NCBI GenBank assembly: GCA_002633005.1
Contig: NMRA01000284.1
Coordinates: 222,742-267,423, forward strand
DNA length: 44,682 nucleotides
From: Phoronis australis
Lineage: Eukaryota; Animalia; Phoronida
Reading direction: 5' to 3'
In this document: positions 1 through 12,540 of the stretch, one piece after another
Layout of the letters: every line of letters starts with the position of its first letter
Position numbering within the stretch: the first letter of the stretch is position 1
Program-made: the position numbers and the translations under genes
The notes under the pieces: generated by a model
Told to the model about the DNA's origin: nothing
Database searches by the model: none
Seen by the model: only the letters and a program-made list of their open reading frames with translations

Positions 1-54
1 TTTGTCTGTCATAGGGGTTTTAGTGATCTGTGACATGTATTGAATCACATGGAA

Positions 55-375
55 TTGGTTTTGTGTGGTACCTCGAATGTATGTGCTAGCTCATTTTTGG
101 GGGGTCCTTTTTTGATTTCTGCCGGACCCATTCCAGAGTGCAATCTGTCTGTCATGGGTCATTCGGTGTTCAGTGCGGTACTATTGTTCGTTTTAAATCA
201 GTTTTGGTTGGTACCTCGAATATCTAGTCTAGCTCATTTTTTGGGGTCTTTGTAAGGCCCCCAGGGGTCACACCCAGAGTGCAGACAACGGCAGACGTCC
301 ATTTCTGTACATACTGTGGTGGACTTTAAATGCTCCCGTGGTCAGATGTTGGTACCTCGTTCATCTATGCTAAGT
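55..375. repeat. Degenerate tandem repeat, period about 142 bp
   Basis: tggtacctcg at 66, 209, 350; ctagctcattttt and ccagagtgca each twice. Confidence 0.6.
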
Positions 376-1048
376 GCTCTGGGCTGCCGGTCTATACCTC
401 CAAGAGCGTGATAATGATGAGAATGTATTTGGACTCATCTTCGATCACTCAGGCGGCTAGCTAGACTCGCAGAGAGCATGTGCTGCGATTTCTGCAAACC
501 ACGCACATGTAAACGTGTAGCCGCCAAACTCAACGAGGAAATAAAAAGTACTACATTTTACACTAATTACCTTGACAACATCATCTCTCATCGATCTAGA
601 GAGTTAGTTTGACGACCTTGCATTGACCGTTTCCAAGTTACAATATTTGATTGGTTGTTGCAGCTCTGCATAAAAGTACATGAAATGACAGTGATTGTCA
701 GTGTGACTGCTGGAATTCCTATCCAAAGATTTGGGTGCTCTTAAAAGTTGCCCGTACAATTCTAGTCACGCGAATGTGAGAGGAGTCAAGCGCGATGAGG
801 CGTCTGATGGGTCAAGAGAAGCAGAGCACACTGGCTCAACTCTACGCACTATGAACATTCATTTGATCTTGACCATGTGATCACTACATTTGCACGCGCC
901 ATGACAGAAAACTCCTACTTGATACCTTATTGTGAATCTTAATGGAGGCATTGATTGACCGCTCGGTGAAATTTACATAAAGGCTTTATAAAGATGTTTT
1001 GTTCTGTTCTTCAATATTCTTGCTCCACCACCAAGTACACATTGTACA

Positions 1049-1238
1049 CATGGGCGCACCCATCCAAAGAAATAGAGGGGGTCGAATTTTTGAGAATGTG
1101 GATCTTTTGCTAAAAAAACTATGAAATTTACATTAGCCGAATTCCCGCCTTTTTAGTGAACTTATGTCTCGTTTTCTACTTTTTGTTCCTCTGAGGCGGA
1201 CCTTTTTGCCCACTTCACCAAATGGTGGTGCTTGCATG
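1049..1238. mobile_element. MITE, same family as 8330-8584
   Basis: CATGGGCGCACC...GGTGCTTGCATG; flanks GTACA/GTTCA; shared interior (tcgaattttt, aatgtgga, ctttttagtg, cccacttc). Confidence 0.65.
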
Positions 1239-2217
1239 GTTCATGATACATATAAGGCCTAGTACGTTGTAACTAGTTTCAAAGTATCAGCGAGGCTTAT
1301 GAATATTGGTAACAGCAATAGTGTGAGAACCTTCTGTTTGAGCAAGATTAGATATTTCGTCATAAGTAAAAAACGCGCGCTCGTTGAAATCGATTTATTT
1401 TCTCTGGGAAATTCATCTTGCGGAACTGAATCATCCGTAAAGTGCTTTTAAGATTTAAAAAAATCACCATTTACCCTGTTTTGTCAAGTGACTACTTATC
1501 AACATCACTAAACCTTCTTTTATAGCACTACATATAAAAGCCGTTCACAATCCCAATCACCGGAAAGAAGAAGAAACGCGCTCCATGGACATAAATGTGA
1601 CTTACGAGCGTACCCAGAGCTAGTGTGTCATGTTAATCAACACGAGACGATTTCCGCGCTTTGCTGATGCCCCGTGGGAAAGTGAAAAGAACAACAGCGT
1701 GGCTGAGCGCGTGCTCATGCAAATAATACGTTATCACAGCCTTCAGAAAAGCAATGTCTCGCCATTCTTTACCGCAAACCACGGGGAAACGAGCAGCGAC
1801 GTCTGACGACATTTTAAACAAAACACAATCAAGAATAACTAATACTGTCATTGGTTGTCCCGATTCTACTTAGAATAAGTGGATCAATATAAATGCTCGT
1901 ACCTTGAGATCAGCTAATTAACATATAGTCGGACAGTATCTGCGGGTGTACTGATTTGACAGCTGATCGACTTGTAGAGTAGTTTTTGAGTGTTTTTGAC
2001 ATGAAATCGGACATTTTAGCATTTGAATGCAAACTGGATTGGACACGATGCAAATATATTAGAACGTTTTACTGGTCATACACTGCCTAGGACTACCTAA
2101 TTTCGACTCACCATGACCTACGCAGACGACTGTATGAAGGAAAAAATCCGAGGGGGTTCGTAGAGAAAAACACATGTATTCGGTATGATGTAATTCTGGA
2201 ATGATAGTATAAAAAGG

Positions 2218-2445
2218 ACACACACACACACAAACACACACANNNNNNNNNNNNNNNNNNNNNNNNNNNNNNNNNNNNNNNNNNNNNNNNNNNNNNNNNN
2301 NNNNNNNNNNNNNNNNNNNNNNNNNNNNNNNNNNNNNNNNNNNNNNNNNNNNNNNNNNNNNNNNNNNNNNNNNNNNNNNNNNNNNNNNNNNNNNNNNNNN
2401 NNNNNNNNNNNNNNNNNNNNNNNNNNNNNNNNNNNNNNNNNNNNN

Positions 2446-2483
<38 letters not shown>
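2218..2483. repeat. (CA)n microsatellite spanning an assembly gap
   Basis: CA repeats on both sides of the N run 2243-2445. Confidence 0.97.
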
Positions 2484-2484
<1 letters not shown>

Positions 2485-3752
2485 CAGTATTTATAACTTG
2501 CAATTGAACCTGTTCGACCAATCAGAATGAGCGTCAACTACAAAACCAACCAATGGGGGAGAAGCTTGGGCTGGCCTGTTTGCAAATATAAGTCAAGGTG
2601 CTTAGAGGATTATTAAGCTGCCACAGGTATGAGAATATGACAATACAATAGGATACCAGTGTCACTAATTAAAGTCCAGTATACGTACAAACAAAATACC
2701 CACTCCACGCGCCCCTACCAATCCTCCCTGTGACTTAGCCCCCCATGCACCCTGTCAGTGTACTTCACTGTTGTGACGGAGTCGCCAGGTCTTAACTGCA
2801 TGCCGCTGACCGGTTATACGAAACCAATAACCTATCTGCGAACAAGACACGGAGGTTCATTGTATCCGGCAACGTGTGACTCACGATTCTATGAGCGGCA
2901 ATCGTGAAACATCTCTATTTATTTCATGCCTCCAATAAGGCTCCGTCTTTCATCATGCAATTACAGACTTCAAACTGTATAACCAGAACAGTACACACAC
3001 TATGTCTAACTGGCTACCGCTAATCTCAAGCCCTCGGAGAGTACAAAGCAAGACACCTATTTCGATAGACTTGAGTCTCGGGTCATTCGATTAGTTTCGA
3101 TGGAAGAAACTGCTTTTTACCATACCGGGCACGAAAAATTGGAGACAGCCCTCCACAAATAAGCAGGGCATTTTTAAATGGCAAAGAAAAGACTTACCTC
3201 TATATATCTATTGAATTACATGTATAGTCAAAATACCGTCCCAGTGCAATCAGCATTGCTAGTGCCAAGAATGCGCTGGCGTCTGGTCGAAGCGTTATCA
3301 CACCGGTGTCACTAATATTCGTCTAGCAACGTTGATATTGATAAGAGTTCATCATTACCTTTACGCTAACCTAAAGTACCGGTATATAACCTAAATATAG
3401 CCTTATCACTGATGATAAAAATATAAATATTTGTAAAAATGTTACTAAGTCAAACCGGGATCTGAAAGGGCGACGTAACCTCCGCTTCAAAGCGTAAACA
3501 CGCACGTGCGTACACCAACATCCACAGGTCAGAGTATAAGAAAAATAATCTCGAACTTCACAATCGTGAGATAGAAACGTCTCAACATTTTTATCATACC
3601 ATTCTAGCAATTAAATGGTTTATACCATCAAAAAGAATATGGGAGACCACTGAGACTGGTGCAACGGTATGAAATGGTCCAATTTTGGAATACCTCATTC
3701 AGTCATGCCTTGGTTCAGGAAAGGTCAGTCTAGTACTAGTCGCATATACTAG

Positions 3753-3844
3753 TTCATATACCATATGGCTGTCTTGTGATAAACAAATAGTAAAGCACGT
3801 CATGGTGTAATCAGCTGATATATGACATATCTCTCCCCTTCTCA
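3753..3844 (-). repeat. Polypurine tract and start of 3' LTR
   Basis: Minus GAGAAGGGGAGAGA-TA then TGTCATATATCAG at 3827; similar to 13489-13552. The remainder of the LTR (possibly to about 3560) is not clearly alignable. Confidence 0.8.
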
Positions 3845-4859
3845 GTGGAATTGTTAAGTAAATCAAAAAATTAAAAAATTAGGACTAAACAATGTCAAAT
3901 TATCTCAAAAGTAACGACTATAGTAATCAAACACAACTAACACAGATTCACCTAGTGACGAAAATGGTCCTAATAAATCTATTGCCAAATCTTACCATGA
4001 ACCCTTGATGGTATTGGTTCTGGTGCATCTGGTCCTGCCAATAATTGGCAACCGTAACATGATTTGCAAAACCATTCAGCCTGTCTGTCCATACCAGTAG
4101 GCCACCAAACTTTTGTTCCCAAGCGCTGTTTTGTACCTACTATACCTAAATGACTTTCATGGCCTAATGGCAGCGCCTCGGTTCTCAACTTTTGAGGTAT
4201 GACAACACGAGTACCTCTCAGTACAACTTGGCCAACGACACACAACTCTCCAGCTATTGACTGGTATTGTTTGTAAGTTTCAAAATTTCCACTTTTTTGA
4301 ATGACTTTCCTGACCTCAATAAGTTCAGGATCATCACGGGATTGTATTTCAAGTCGCTCTCTGGTTGTTAATGCATTTGGAGTAGCACTAATGGCTATGA
4401 AGCGTACATAGGTCTCAGTCTCATCATTACTTGTTTTGTTTATTTACACAAGTTTTCACCAGTCTTGACAATGTTTTGTTGACCTGAAACATGAACTATA
4501 CGAATCTGATAGGGCTGCATGCAATCTAAGAACCCAGCGTTCAATTCCAGCACATTGTTTCGAACGTGGTCCATTCGCAAGTAATGGTTTATGATCAGTG
4601 ACCAGATCAAACTTTTTGTCGTAAAAATAAGCATGGAAACGTTCACATGCCCAAACTAAACCTAAAGCTTCTTTTCCAGTTTGGCTATATCTACGTTCAC
4701 AATCAAATAATGCCCTACTGGCGTAACAAACAAGAACTTTCACACCATTTTGTAGTCTACCTGTATCAGAATACCTCCGAGTCTAACTGGGCTCGCATCT
4801 GCGATAACTTGAGTAAGCGCATTTCTATCATAGTATGCCAGCGTGTTCTGGCTACTTAA

Positions 4860-6642
4860 AGGAGCATGCCACCCAAAAAACAACCTAATTTGTATCAATT
4901 TATATCGAGTAGTCCTACTCCATAAGGGCACTTACGGTTGTGTTACCTGATACCTGATGGCAGACGGAGGTGTTGAAATTATCCAATGACGTAATTGGTT
5001 TCACACGCAGTCTGTTCAGCAGTTCACGACACGGGTTACTGGGTGTCAACTTATTGCTTGAATTCATCGTTTAACACCAATAAATCATCAAACTTCAATG
5101 TAAAACCCTTAAAAATACACCGAGCTCTTATAAAAACGTGTTGTTTTATTTCGCTGTTACGGATTAATTGGTATTTGGACACCATAGCCTACAAAGTTCG
5201 GCAGGACAATGAATTCCGTAGCAGGAGCTCTTGAGGTCTTTTCGGAGACAAATTCAAAGTATTTTCCGTGAGATACAGACAGGAGAACCAAGATCTGTGC
5301 TGTTTAGACTTGTGATTTTTGAGTTCTAAACACACAAAACGCTTGTTATCCAGGCCAGTGGCTCGTAACCCGATGAGGCCCGTCGCGGCCGGACTGGCTA
5401 GTCGTTATCCCTGCCAGTGGCACGGAAACTGATCAGACATCACGAACATAAATCAGCCTAATTTGGAAACTAAACTTCCAGTCAAGAAAATACTATACTA
5501 GTGAACCACTAGTGAAAGAAGTAAATTGCTCGCCGTGATTATGTTGGTGAATTAGCCACGAAACTCCAAATCTACTCAGTTTACTCGTCGGGGGTTGCGA
5601 ATTCAGGTTCCGCTTTGGCCACAGAACCGTCAGGGCAAAAAGTGTACAATCATTATTTTAATTTTATTGTAAATGTAAATAAGATTCCCCTGGCCGTGGG
5701 ATAGAAATCGAGTTGTTTCAAAACAGTTTTTGTTAGCAACCATGATCTCCCACACGTCCTCGGTGTCCCGTCAATTACTTTTATTGCACCTAAAGCCGCC
5801 AGTAACAAAGTGATTCATGCGCGCACCCAGGGGGGGGGGGTTCTCGGGGAGCTTGAATGAGTCCCCCCACCCAAATTCTACTAAACAAGCGCAAACATGC
5901 AATTTAAAGCGGTGACCCCCGGCGTTTTTTTTTTTTTGGTCCACCCGCTGGCTTCTCAAACCATTTGCACTTCAAAGGCATTACAAATTGCATCTAATGA
6001 GACAGACTTTGTTTCAGTTTTATATAAGTATTGGTAAGGGTGAGAATAATTCATTTTGAAACAGAACGCTCAATAACAATTAAACCTCAACATCATTCAC
6101 TCGCAATCCCGACTTAGACAAGAACTCATCCTGACGAAGACTTCGCAAGTGAATCGTTTAGTTTCACAGGCTATCAGTTCGAACCGGAATACAGAGATGA
6201 AGAAATACTAGAGAGGAGCCGTGGACATGCTCAGACAATGAAACGTATGGAGTTATTTGGTAAGCCGGCATTCGTCAGGCACTGTCCCGCGATGACTGCA
6301 GGCCGCAGACACGGAGATATTTCATTGCCATTTACAGTGTACTTTTCATTCTTCACTACCACGAGTCACTTCCTAAGCATTTCTGACTCTCGAGGAAGTC
6401 GAAAAAACGATATACCCGCAGTTCCTCGCAGGTGCATAGTTCGGACAAGCGGCACTATGCACCGCAACATAGCGGCATTAACTCTGCAAAATAACCACTG
6501 ACGTCGCTTCTTCGTTTCTCACCTTCCTCGCAGGTTGACGCGACACCTCTCGTCAAGGTAAGGTCGACCGTATGCGAGGTGATGTGGATATAGACCGATT
6601 AAGACGACAAAAAAGACTAATCAAATCGGGTGACATTCTCCT
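4860..6642. mobile_element. Non-autonomous Kolobok-type DNA transposon inserted in Gypsy pol
   Basis: TTAA at 4856-4859 and 6643-6646; TIRs AGGAGCATGCCACCC / AGGAGAATGTCACCC (13/15); removing it restores pol ...KKSL-SSQNTLAYYD. TTAA with purine termini fits Kolobok rather than piggyBac. Confidence 0.85.
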
Positions 6643-8329
6643 TTAAGCTCTTTTTCAATTTTTGTAAAGCGTTTATCTGCGCTGGGCCAAAACGAAAAAG
6701 TTCACCTTTTCTAGTGAGTTTGAGTAACGGCTCCGAAATTGTAGCAAAACCTCTAACGGAAACGACTGGAGAAATTCGCCAACCCAAGGAAAGACCTTAC
6801 TTCACTCACTATTCTGGGCTGTCGGGCATTCTGAATAGCTTCAACCCGTAACTGGGTAGGTCCAATACCTTTACCTAATTGAACCTAGCTGTTTACGTTT
6901 GTTCATATTTTGATTCACGCCGATTTTTAGCACCCCCAAGTTGGTAGCTGTCTGGCGTCCAAACAGAGGCATTCCTTTCCCACGGATTACCAGGAACTCG
7001 CAATTGACCGTGTTCTTCCCGGCGGAAATTGCACAACTGAATTGGTTTGTCAGCTACAGTGGTGGAGTTTTTGATGCATACGGGTATAACTTCTTCGTAC
7101 ACTTGCAGGAACCGGGTACGGACTTTTTCTTAACATGTCCCATGTTTGCTGGTGGCTCCTGAATCTGCAATCATTTCAAGATTCGCACCTTAAGGTTCAC
7201 TACGATAGTCGGCTGGGACTCCATCCCTAAACCAAAAACAGTTTCCGAATTTTCGTGTACAGAGTTAATTTTAGGTTTTCTGATTTTTGTTTTGCAGGTT
7301 GTGGCGAAGTGATCGTGTCCGCCACACTTATTACTGACATATTCCCTCTTGATGGACATTGAGGGTCGCACCAAAAATGTCCGCTATAACTGCATCGATA
7401 ACACAGTTGTCGGTCATGAGGGTTGCGGGGTTTTTCAGATTTTCCGCGCGGTTTCGTGCTTGTGCGAATCTTAAGTGAAGCCACTGGTATCGCTATGTGC
7501 ACTGACACTCAGGGATGTCATTTGTGCTGTGACTTTCTCGCAGCTTTCTGCGGGTTCCCTTCAGAGTCAAGTCTTGTCCCTGCTCAAGCAATTTCCTCCG
7601 TAAATATTCAGATTTTGTTTTGGACAAAATCTCATCTCTGATGTGGTTGTCCGTGTCTGCCCCATATAGTCTCGTTGCCAGCCAAATAGCTCCCATAGTG
7701 AACCCTGCAATGTTGATTACTGTAAAGTTTTTTTGTTGAAATATATTAAACATGATCAGGAGAACAAAATTAGCTTGGTTGCACTTAGTGCAACTTTGAG
7801 CATTTTTTGAAATTCAAGATGGCGGATTCCACCATTTTGAATTTCGACCCACTTTGGTTTTTTCAACTTGATGGCAAACAGGGTCATGTAATACATTGTT
7901 TGTACCATTTTATGTGATGGGGAATCCATTTCTGGTGTTATTTCGTTAATACGGGGTCATTTTCAAGGTCAAACCAGAGGTCAAAGGTCAAAACCGCCTA
8001 GCAGCCTTCTGACATTTACATTTTTATCTCATTATTTTTCATTTCCGTTGTTAACTGCTTCAAGATATATTTTCGAAATGTTCACTATTACATACATGTA
8101 CTATAGTGGGCCATAAATTTTGCTCACAAGTTTCATGAGGGTTGTATTGACACAACAGAGAAAGAATATGGCATGGAAATGCTCATACACTCAGCAGTTC
8201 AATGCTAGTGCGCCTAGTAGGATTTCTGCCCATTACTCCAAAAACTACTCCGAAAAGAAAACACTAATCCGAAGAAACCCACGCCTCCTCCAAATGTGAA
8301 CGCGTTTGTTTCATTTTATAACACTAATA

Positions 8330-8584
8330 CGTGCACAAACCCAGCCTAAGATATGGGGGCTCGAATTTTTGGCAATGTGGACCTTTTGCAAACAAAAAAC
8401 ACGTGACTAAAAAGCGGGATATCACGTTCAGGGCTATGAATTGTGCATTCGCGTCTTTTTAGTGGACTTTTGTCTCATTTTCTCGGAGTTTTTGGCTGTT
8501 TTGAGGCAGAACTTTTTTCCCACTTCGCCAAATGAGGGGGGAGGACTCAATCGAGGCACCGAGCCCCCCTTGGGTGCGCGCATG
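8330..8584. mobile_element. MITE with 5-bp target duplication, nested in Academ
   Basis: TAATA on both flanks; right end GGGTGCGCGCATG; interior aligns with 1049-1238. Confidence 0.7.
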
Positions 8585-8989
8585 TAATATGATACATCTT
8601 CTCTCGATCAAGCGAACTTCAAAGAAAAAGGGGTACAAGAGTTGCTAACTACAGTTAACAGACAGTGTGGCAGAAATAAGTCGTTGGACTTCATTGTCCA
8701 AATTTATTTTTGTGTGGGGATTTTGTTAGTAAGTAACAAATTAACAAAACAATCGTGAAATTTTGAGAAAATTTTAGGAAGATCGAATAAAAAATCACAG
8801 TAACGGTGTTTTTTCGGAGTAGTGTACTTTCGGAGTAGCTGTTTTTCCGGAGTGGTGACATGGACCATCGGAGTATAAACCTGTTACACTCCAGTATAGT
8901 CAATGGAAAGGCTAGAGCTGATGTTCTGTAGGTATACAATCTCATCACAGCCATGTCTACTCAATGTCTACTCAAATGGGGCCAAGTTT

Positions 8990-9705
8990 TATGAAGAGCT
9001 GATGGTTTACATAAATATGGTCCTGCAACATCACTGTCTCAAGGAGATGTTGACATATTTCTTCGTAGCAGGTTACCATAAATGTGTAACTTCATTCATA
9101 AACAAACAATAAACGGCTTAGCGCAATAACGTCAACCTAAACTACGACAAAAGTTCGATAAAGGTGCGATAAGTGTTCGACTAAGGTGCCAAACATTTCT
9201 GGTAAGAAGTTTATACCAAGTTTAGCAGCTTGACAGAGTTCTTTTGAACTTTATGTTGAAGTTTGCTGTGAGTGGAGCACCTGTCCAATAATGTCAAAAA
9301 GTTCTACTCGAAGCTGCGCACAGTTGTCAACGCTTGGATGACAAGACTGTAGTACTAGGTGACCAATTCGAAGAATAGGCATACTGTATATCAAACGAGT
9401 AAAAGGCTCTGGGGCATTTAAATGAGAGCCAAGCACTAAAGCGGTTATGTGGTTAAAGAGTTTCAGTGGGTGTGCCCACCTTGATACTGCCATGGAGAAC
9501 ATTAAGTCATGTGGAATGAAGGTGGTGAAGAGCAAACATCACGTAGTGGAGTGACAAGAAAAAGACTAAGTGCAAGATGGGAGTAGTGGGCGTGGACGAG
9601 GATGACTAGAGAAAGATTACAGAGGAGGAAGAGAAGCACAGACACCCGCTCACTGACCAGCAGTCATATCTCCATAACACTTGCAATCGCCGAGTAGATT
9701 CCAGA
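8990..9705 (+). pseudogene. Academ-type transposase relic, core region
   Basis: HHCLKEMLTYFFVAGYHK (cf. MLPYFFAAGH.NY), GDQFEE*AY..IKRVKGSG...WLKSFSGCAHL, DEDD*RKI...HRHPL...LHNTCN; stops and frameshifts. Motifs recalled, not searched. Confidence 0.7.
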
Positions 9706-9789
9706 ACGAGCTGGTCATTGGGCATGAGCAGAGGAGTCAGATTTTTAGTTTTGGTAAGCAGGGAATGTTGCAGAGCAATTAAGAAAAAG

Positions 9790-10860
9790 TCAGTAAATGA
9801 CAACATTCCGTTTTTGGACGTTCTTGTGAACCATTCTCCATCTGAATTTTCTGCATCAGTTTACCACAAGCCTACTGGTAAAGGTTTCTGTCTCTGTCTC
9901 CACGCCAAAAGTGAGTACCCTCAGCGGTATAAGGTCGCCGTTGTGGTCAAAAAAGGGCGTATTCGGTGTCGTCCAACTGGGTATTGTTCAATCAAGAGGT
10001 AGATCGCATAAGACAAACACCGGTGAATAATGGGTATACCAATGCTTTTGTGGATTTCCATATTAAGCGATTTGTGTCCAGAATTAGCTATGAAGTCCCT
10101 GCACGTCGGACCGGTGTCACCAAAAAGATATTTTACAAAAACTTAATATGTGTGTCATGTCTAATAATTACCTTCAGGACGAACAAGCCATTAAGAAAAT
10201 TATAAGGGACAATGTTAAAGTTTGTAAGCCTGATGATTACCTCGATGTTATTATTTATTATCGGAATAGGAAGTCCTCCATCTTGGTCATGAAAAATAAC
10301 ATTTCTAAAGCGAAAGTCCGCCCCCGTTGCACAGTGTAGTGTTGTTTATGAGTTTGTATGTCCAATGAACAAATGTCTTCGTTCAAACGTCAAACAATGT
10401 TACATTGGTCAAACGGTTTGCAGTCTTTCCCGTCGGTTATCCATGCATCTTCAAAATGGCCCCATTCATGATCATTATCTGCAATGCCACGCACGACGGT
10501 AAAATCACCCGTCAAGAAATTGTGGAAAACACGTCAATTCGCTACGTGGAGCAAGATGTGCTGCGTTTGAAAGTATTAGAGTCCCTTTTAATTGCTTTTG
10601 AGAAGCCTGTTTTGAATGAGCAGCAAACAGGGTCGCGCCGCACGTTACACTTGTTTGCGTGACTTTCCTGTTACCCCCCTTCATTAGCCATTATTTGCAA
10701 TATTTCACACTACACGCCGTGTCTCGCTGTGTGTGTCGTCAGCTTATACTCTGTGATGGCATTACTGCGTAATTTTATCTTCACTTGAGAATGAAACAAG
10801 TATGTTTCGAAATATCGTGTGTCTTTTAATTATGTCGCTAGGTCAGTTACTGTATCTATG
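9790..10860 (+). mobile_element. 5'-truncated Penelope-like retroelement (RT C-terminus plus C-terminal GIY-YIG endonuclease)
   Basis: IPFLDVLV..SVYHKPT, NNGY, VVYEFVCP..KC...YIGQT..LSRRLSMH (10341-10450), LKVLESLLI..EKPVLNEQ, stop at 10662; frameshifted; boundaries approximate. Confidence 0.92.
10782..10819 (+). ncRNA. Minimal type I hammerhead ribozyme-like motif (U3-A8 variant)
   Basis: CAC-TTGAGAA-T-GAAACA(AGTA)TGTTTC-GAAA-TATC-GTG in the 3' region of the Penelope element. Confidence 0.6.
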
Positions 10861-11679
10861 TTCAGTTGAGAGTAGACTTTTGTTCCGAAAGTACGAACGT
10901 AACGGAATAAAGACTGTGAACAATGAAAAGTATGGTGCAAACAAATTTATGGGAGATGCGAAATTACCATTTCTGTGATTCCATATTATATCAAGAATAA
11001 GGGATAGCTAAATACTGGAATAAGAAATCCTCCCAATATCTCAATAATTAGTTTAAAATATAATGTACCAGACCTACGCTTGCCGCTCTGAGGAAGGCCC
11101 TCGCACTGATCACTTTGGACCATCTTTATACTTTATTAATTGAAACAGAGCTGAGGATCTAGGGACTTGATTCAAGTGACCAGCAGTGTGCCCCGTGTGA
11201 CTTGAAAACACAACCTTGAGTAGAGGAAGGACACTGCCACACTGCCTCCTCGTAGTGAATAGGGGTATGAATCCGTGCAGGGTACGTACATGTACGTATA
11301 TACGTACAGGTGTAGACTGGGATGGGCACTATTTTATTCCAGGGAAAACTATGACTTCTGGAACTATAAAATAATGTAAATTTCCTAACTTTGCGGAGCC
11401 ACCTGGCTTCTTCTACTGGGGATTGATGACTCACTGGTTTTCGAGAAAATTTTACTCCCCCCCATGCGTCGGTGTTCATCACTAGAGAACAGCTTCAAGG
11501 CAATGGTCCACGAGTCACTGTCCCGGCGATAAGTTCAACTTGACACCTCCGTGTCTACTCAGGAGGGATTATTAGTCTCTGACAGCTCGTTCAAACCAAT
11601 AGTCTCTGTCCAGCACCTCACGGCTTGTGACCTCTAGTGTTGGCGGCAGGTCAAATATCTGAAATGTTCCATTGTGTCT

Positions 11680-12540
11680 GAAATACTACCAGTCCACTTC
11701 TGCCATTTGAGCTTTGGCGTCTACTGGCATATTAGACGTCCCACAAATTAAGAGCTCGGAGAGGTCAGTTGTCACAAGTGATTCTGATTGTGTGCCGGGA
11801 GTGGGTGCCTTTTTCCACCATGGTGAAAGTGCTTTCAACATTTAACTATACAACGTCTGCTTTACCACGTGTAACTACACAGTGGCTCTTCTTGACCCGC
11901 TTGATGTTGAATAGAAAGGAATAGCTTCGTACACATAGAAGGTTGTTTAACATAGCGTTATTTAGAATAGTTTAGCGGCAAAAGGGATGTGGGAACAGGG
12001 GTTAGCATGTCTTCTTCAACATTTGCTCATGTTATCGTCTCATGGTCCTTTGAGTAGGGATCTTTGTGGTCATATTTTTCAAAGCTAATAATTGCTTCAC
12101 AAACTAGCTGGAGGATAGGGGGCTAGTAGTGCCGAGGCTTTACCGAAGTCTCCCGCCGGCTGTACTAGCGGACACACTCCAAACGACCTTCTACGGACAA
12201 CAGCAACCAACACTACCTGCGGAGCAGAATGATTTGGAATATAACGCGAAGAGATTTGACCAAAATGGCATTGTCACCCTTCCTCACAGACTACCGGGTA
12301 TTTGCCGATCTGGCCTGAAGGGGGTGGACTCAATAAGTTCATACTGAAAGATATCAGCTATGTCAATGTTACATTGCTGTCTTACGACTAACAGGCAACT
12401 GAACAGCGTCTCAATGAATGCCATGTCTTTCCCTTGACCGACAGTACAGGCTTCTTCAGCGGGCGCATTTAACAAATTCTGTATAACCAAAAACTTGCTC
12501 CCGACTAAAGTACAGCCATCTCCCATAAATTTAACATTTC
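11680..12540 (-). pseudogene. Academ-type transposase relic, C-terminal XPG/PIN-like nuclease region
   Basis: LFSCLLVVRQQCNIDIADIFQYEL, RKGDNAILVK, VVW, IISFEKYD..SKDHE (cf. VFDRY..S.K..ER), GKADV (cf. H.EAD), IRITCD.TD, KWTG. Confidence 0.72.

Noticed and set aside
1575-1815. THAP-like relic on minus strand (LFTFPR...RK)
   Set aside because: Conserved Cys/Trp/His residues missing and no TIRs found; too weak to call
2059-2521. VCVC ORFs
   Set aside because: Translation of (CA)n and an N gap
6131-6156. CTGACGA...GAA hammerhead-like core
   Set aside because: No convincing stems I and III; better explained as decayed coding sequence in the Kolobok element
9790-10662. Selenoprotein-encoding Naiad-type Penelope next to EEFSEC
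   Set aside because: Endonuclease is C-terminal to RT (Naiads have it N-terminal) and the breaks are frameshifts, not UGA at conserved Cys
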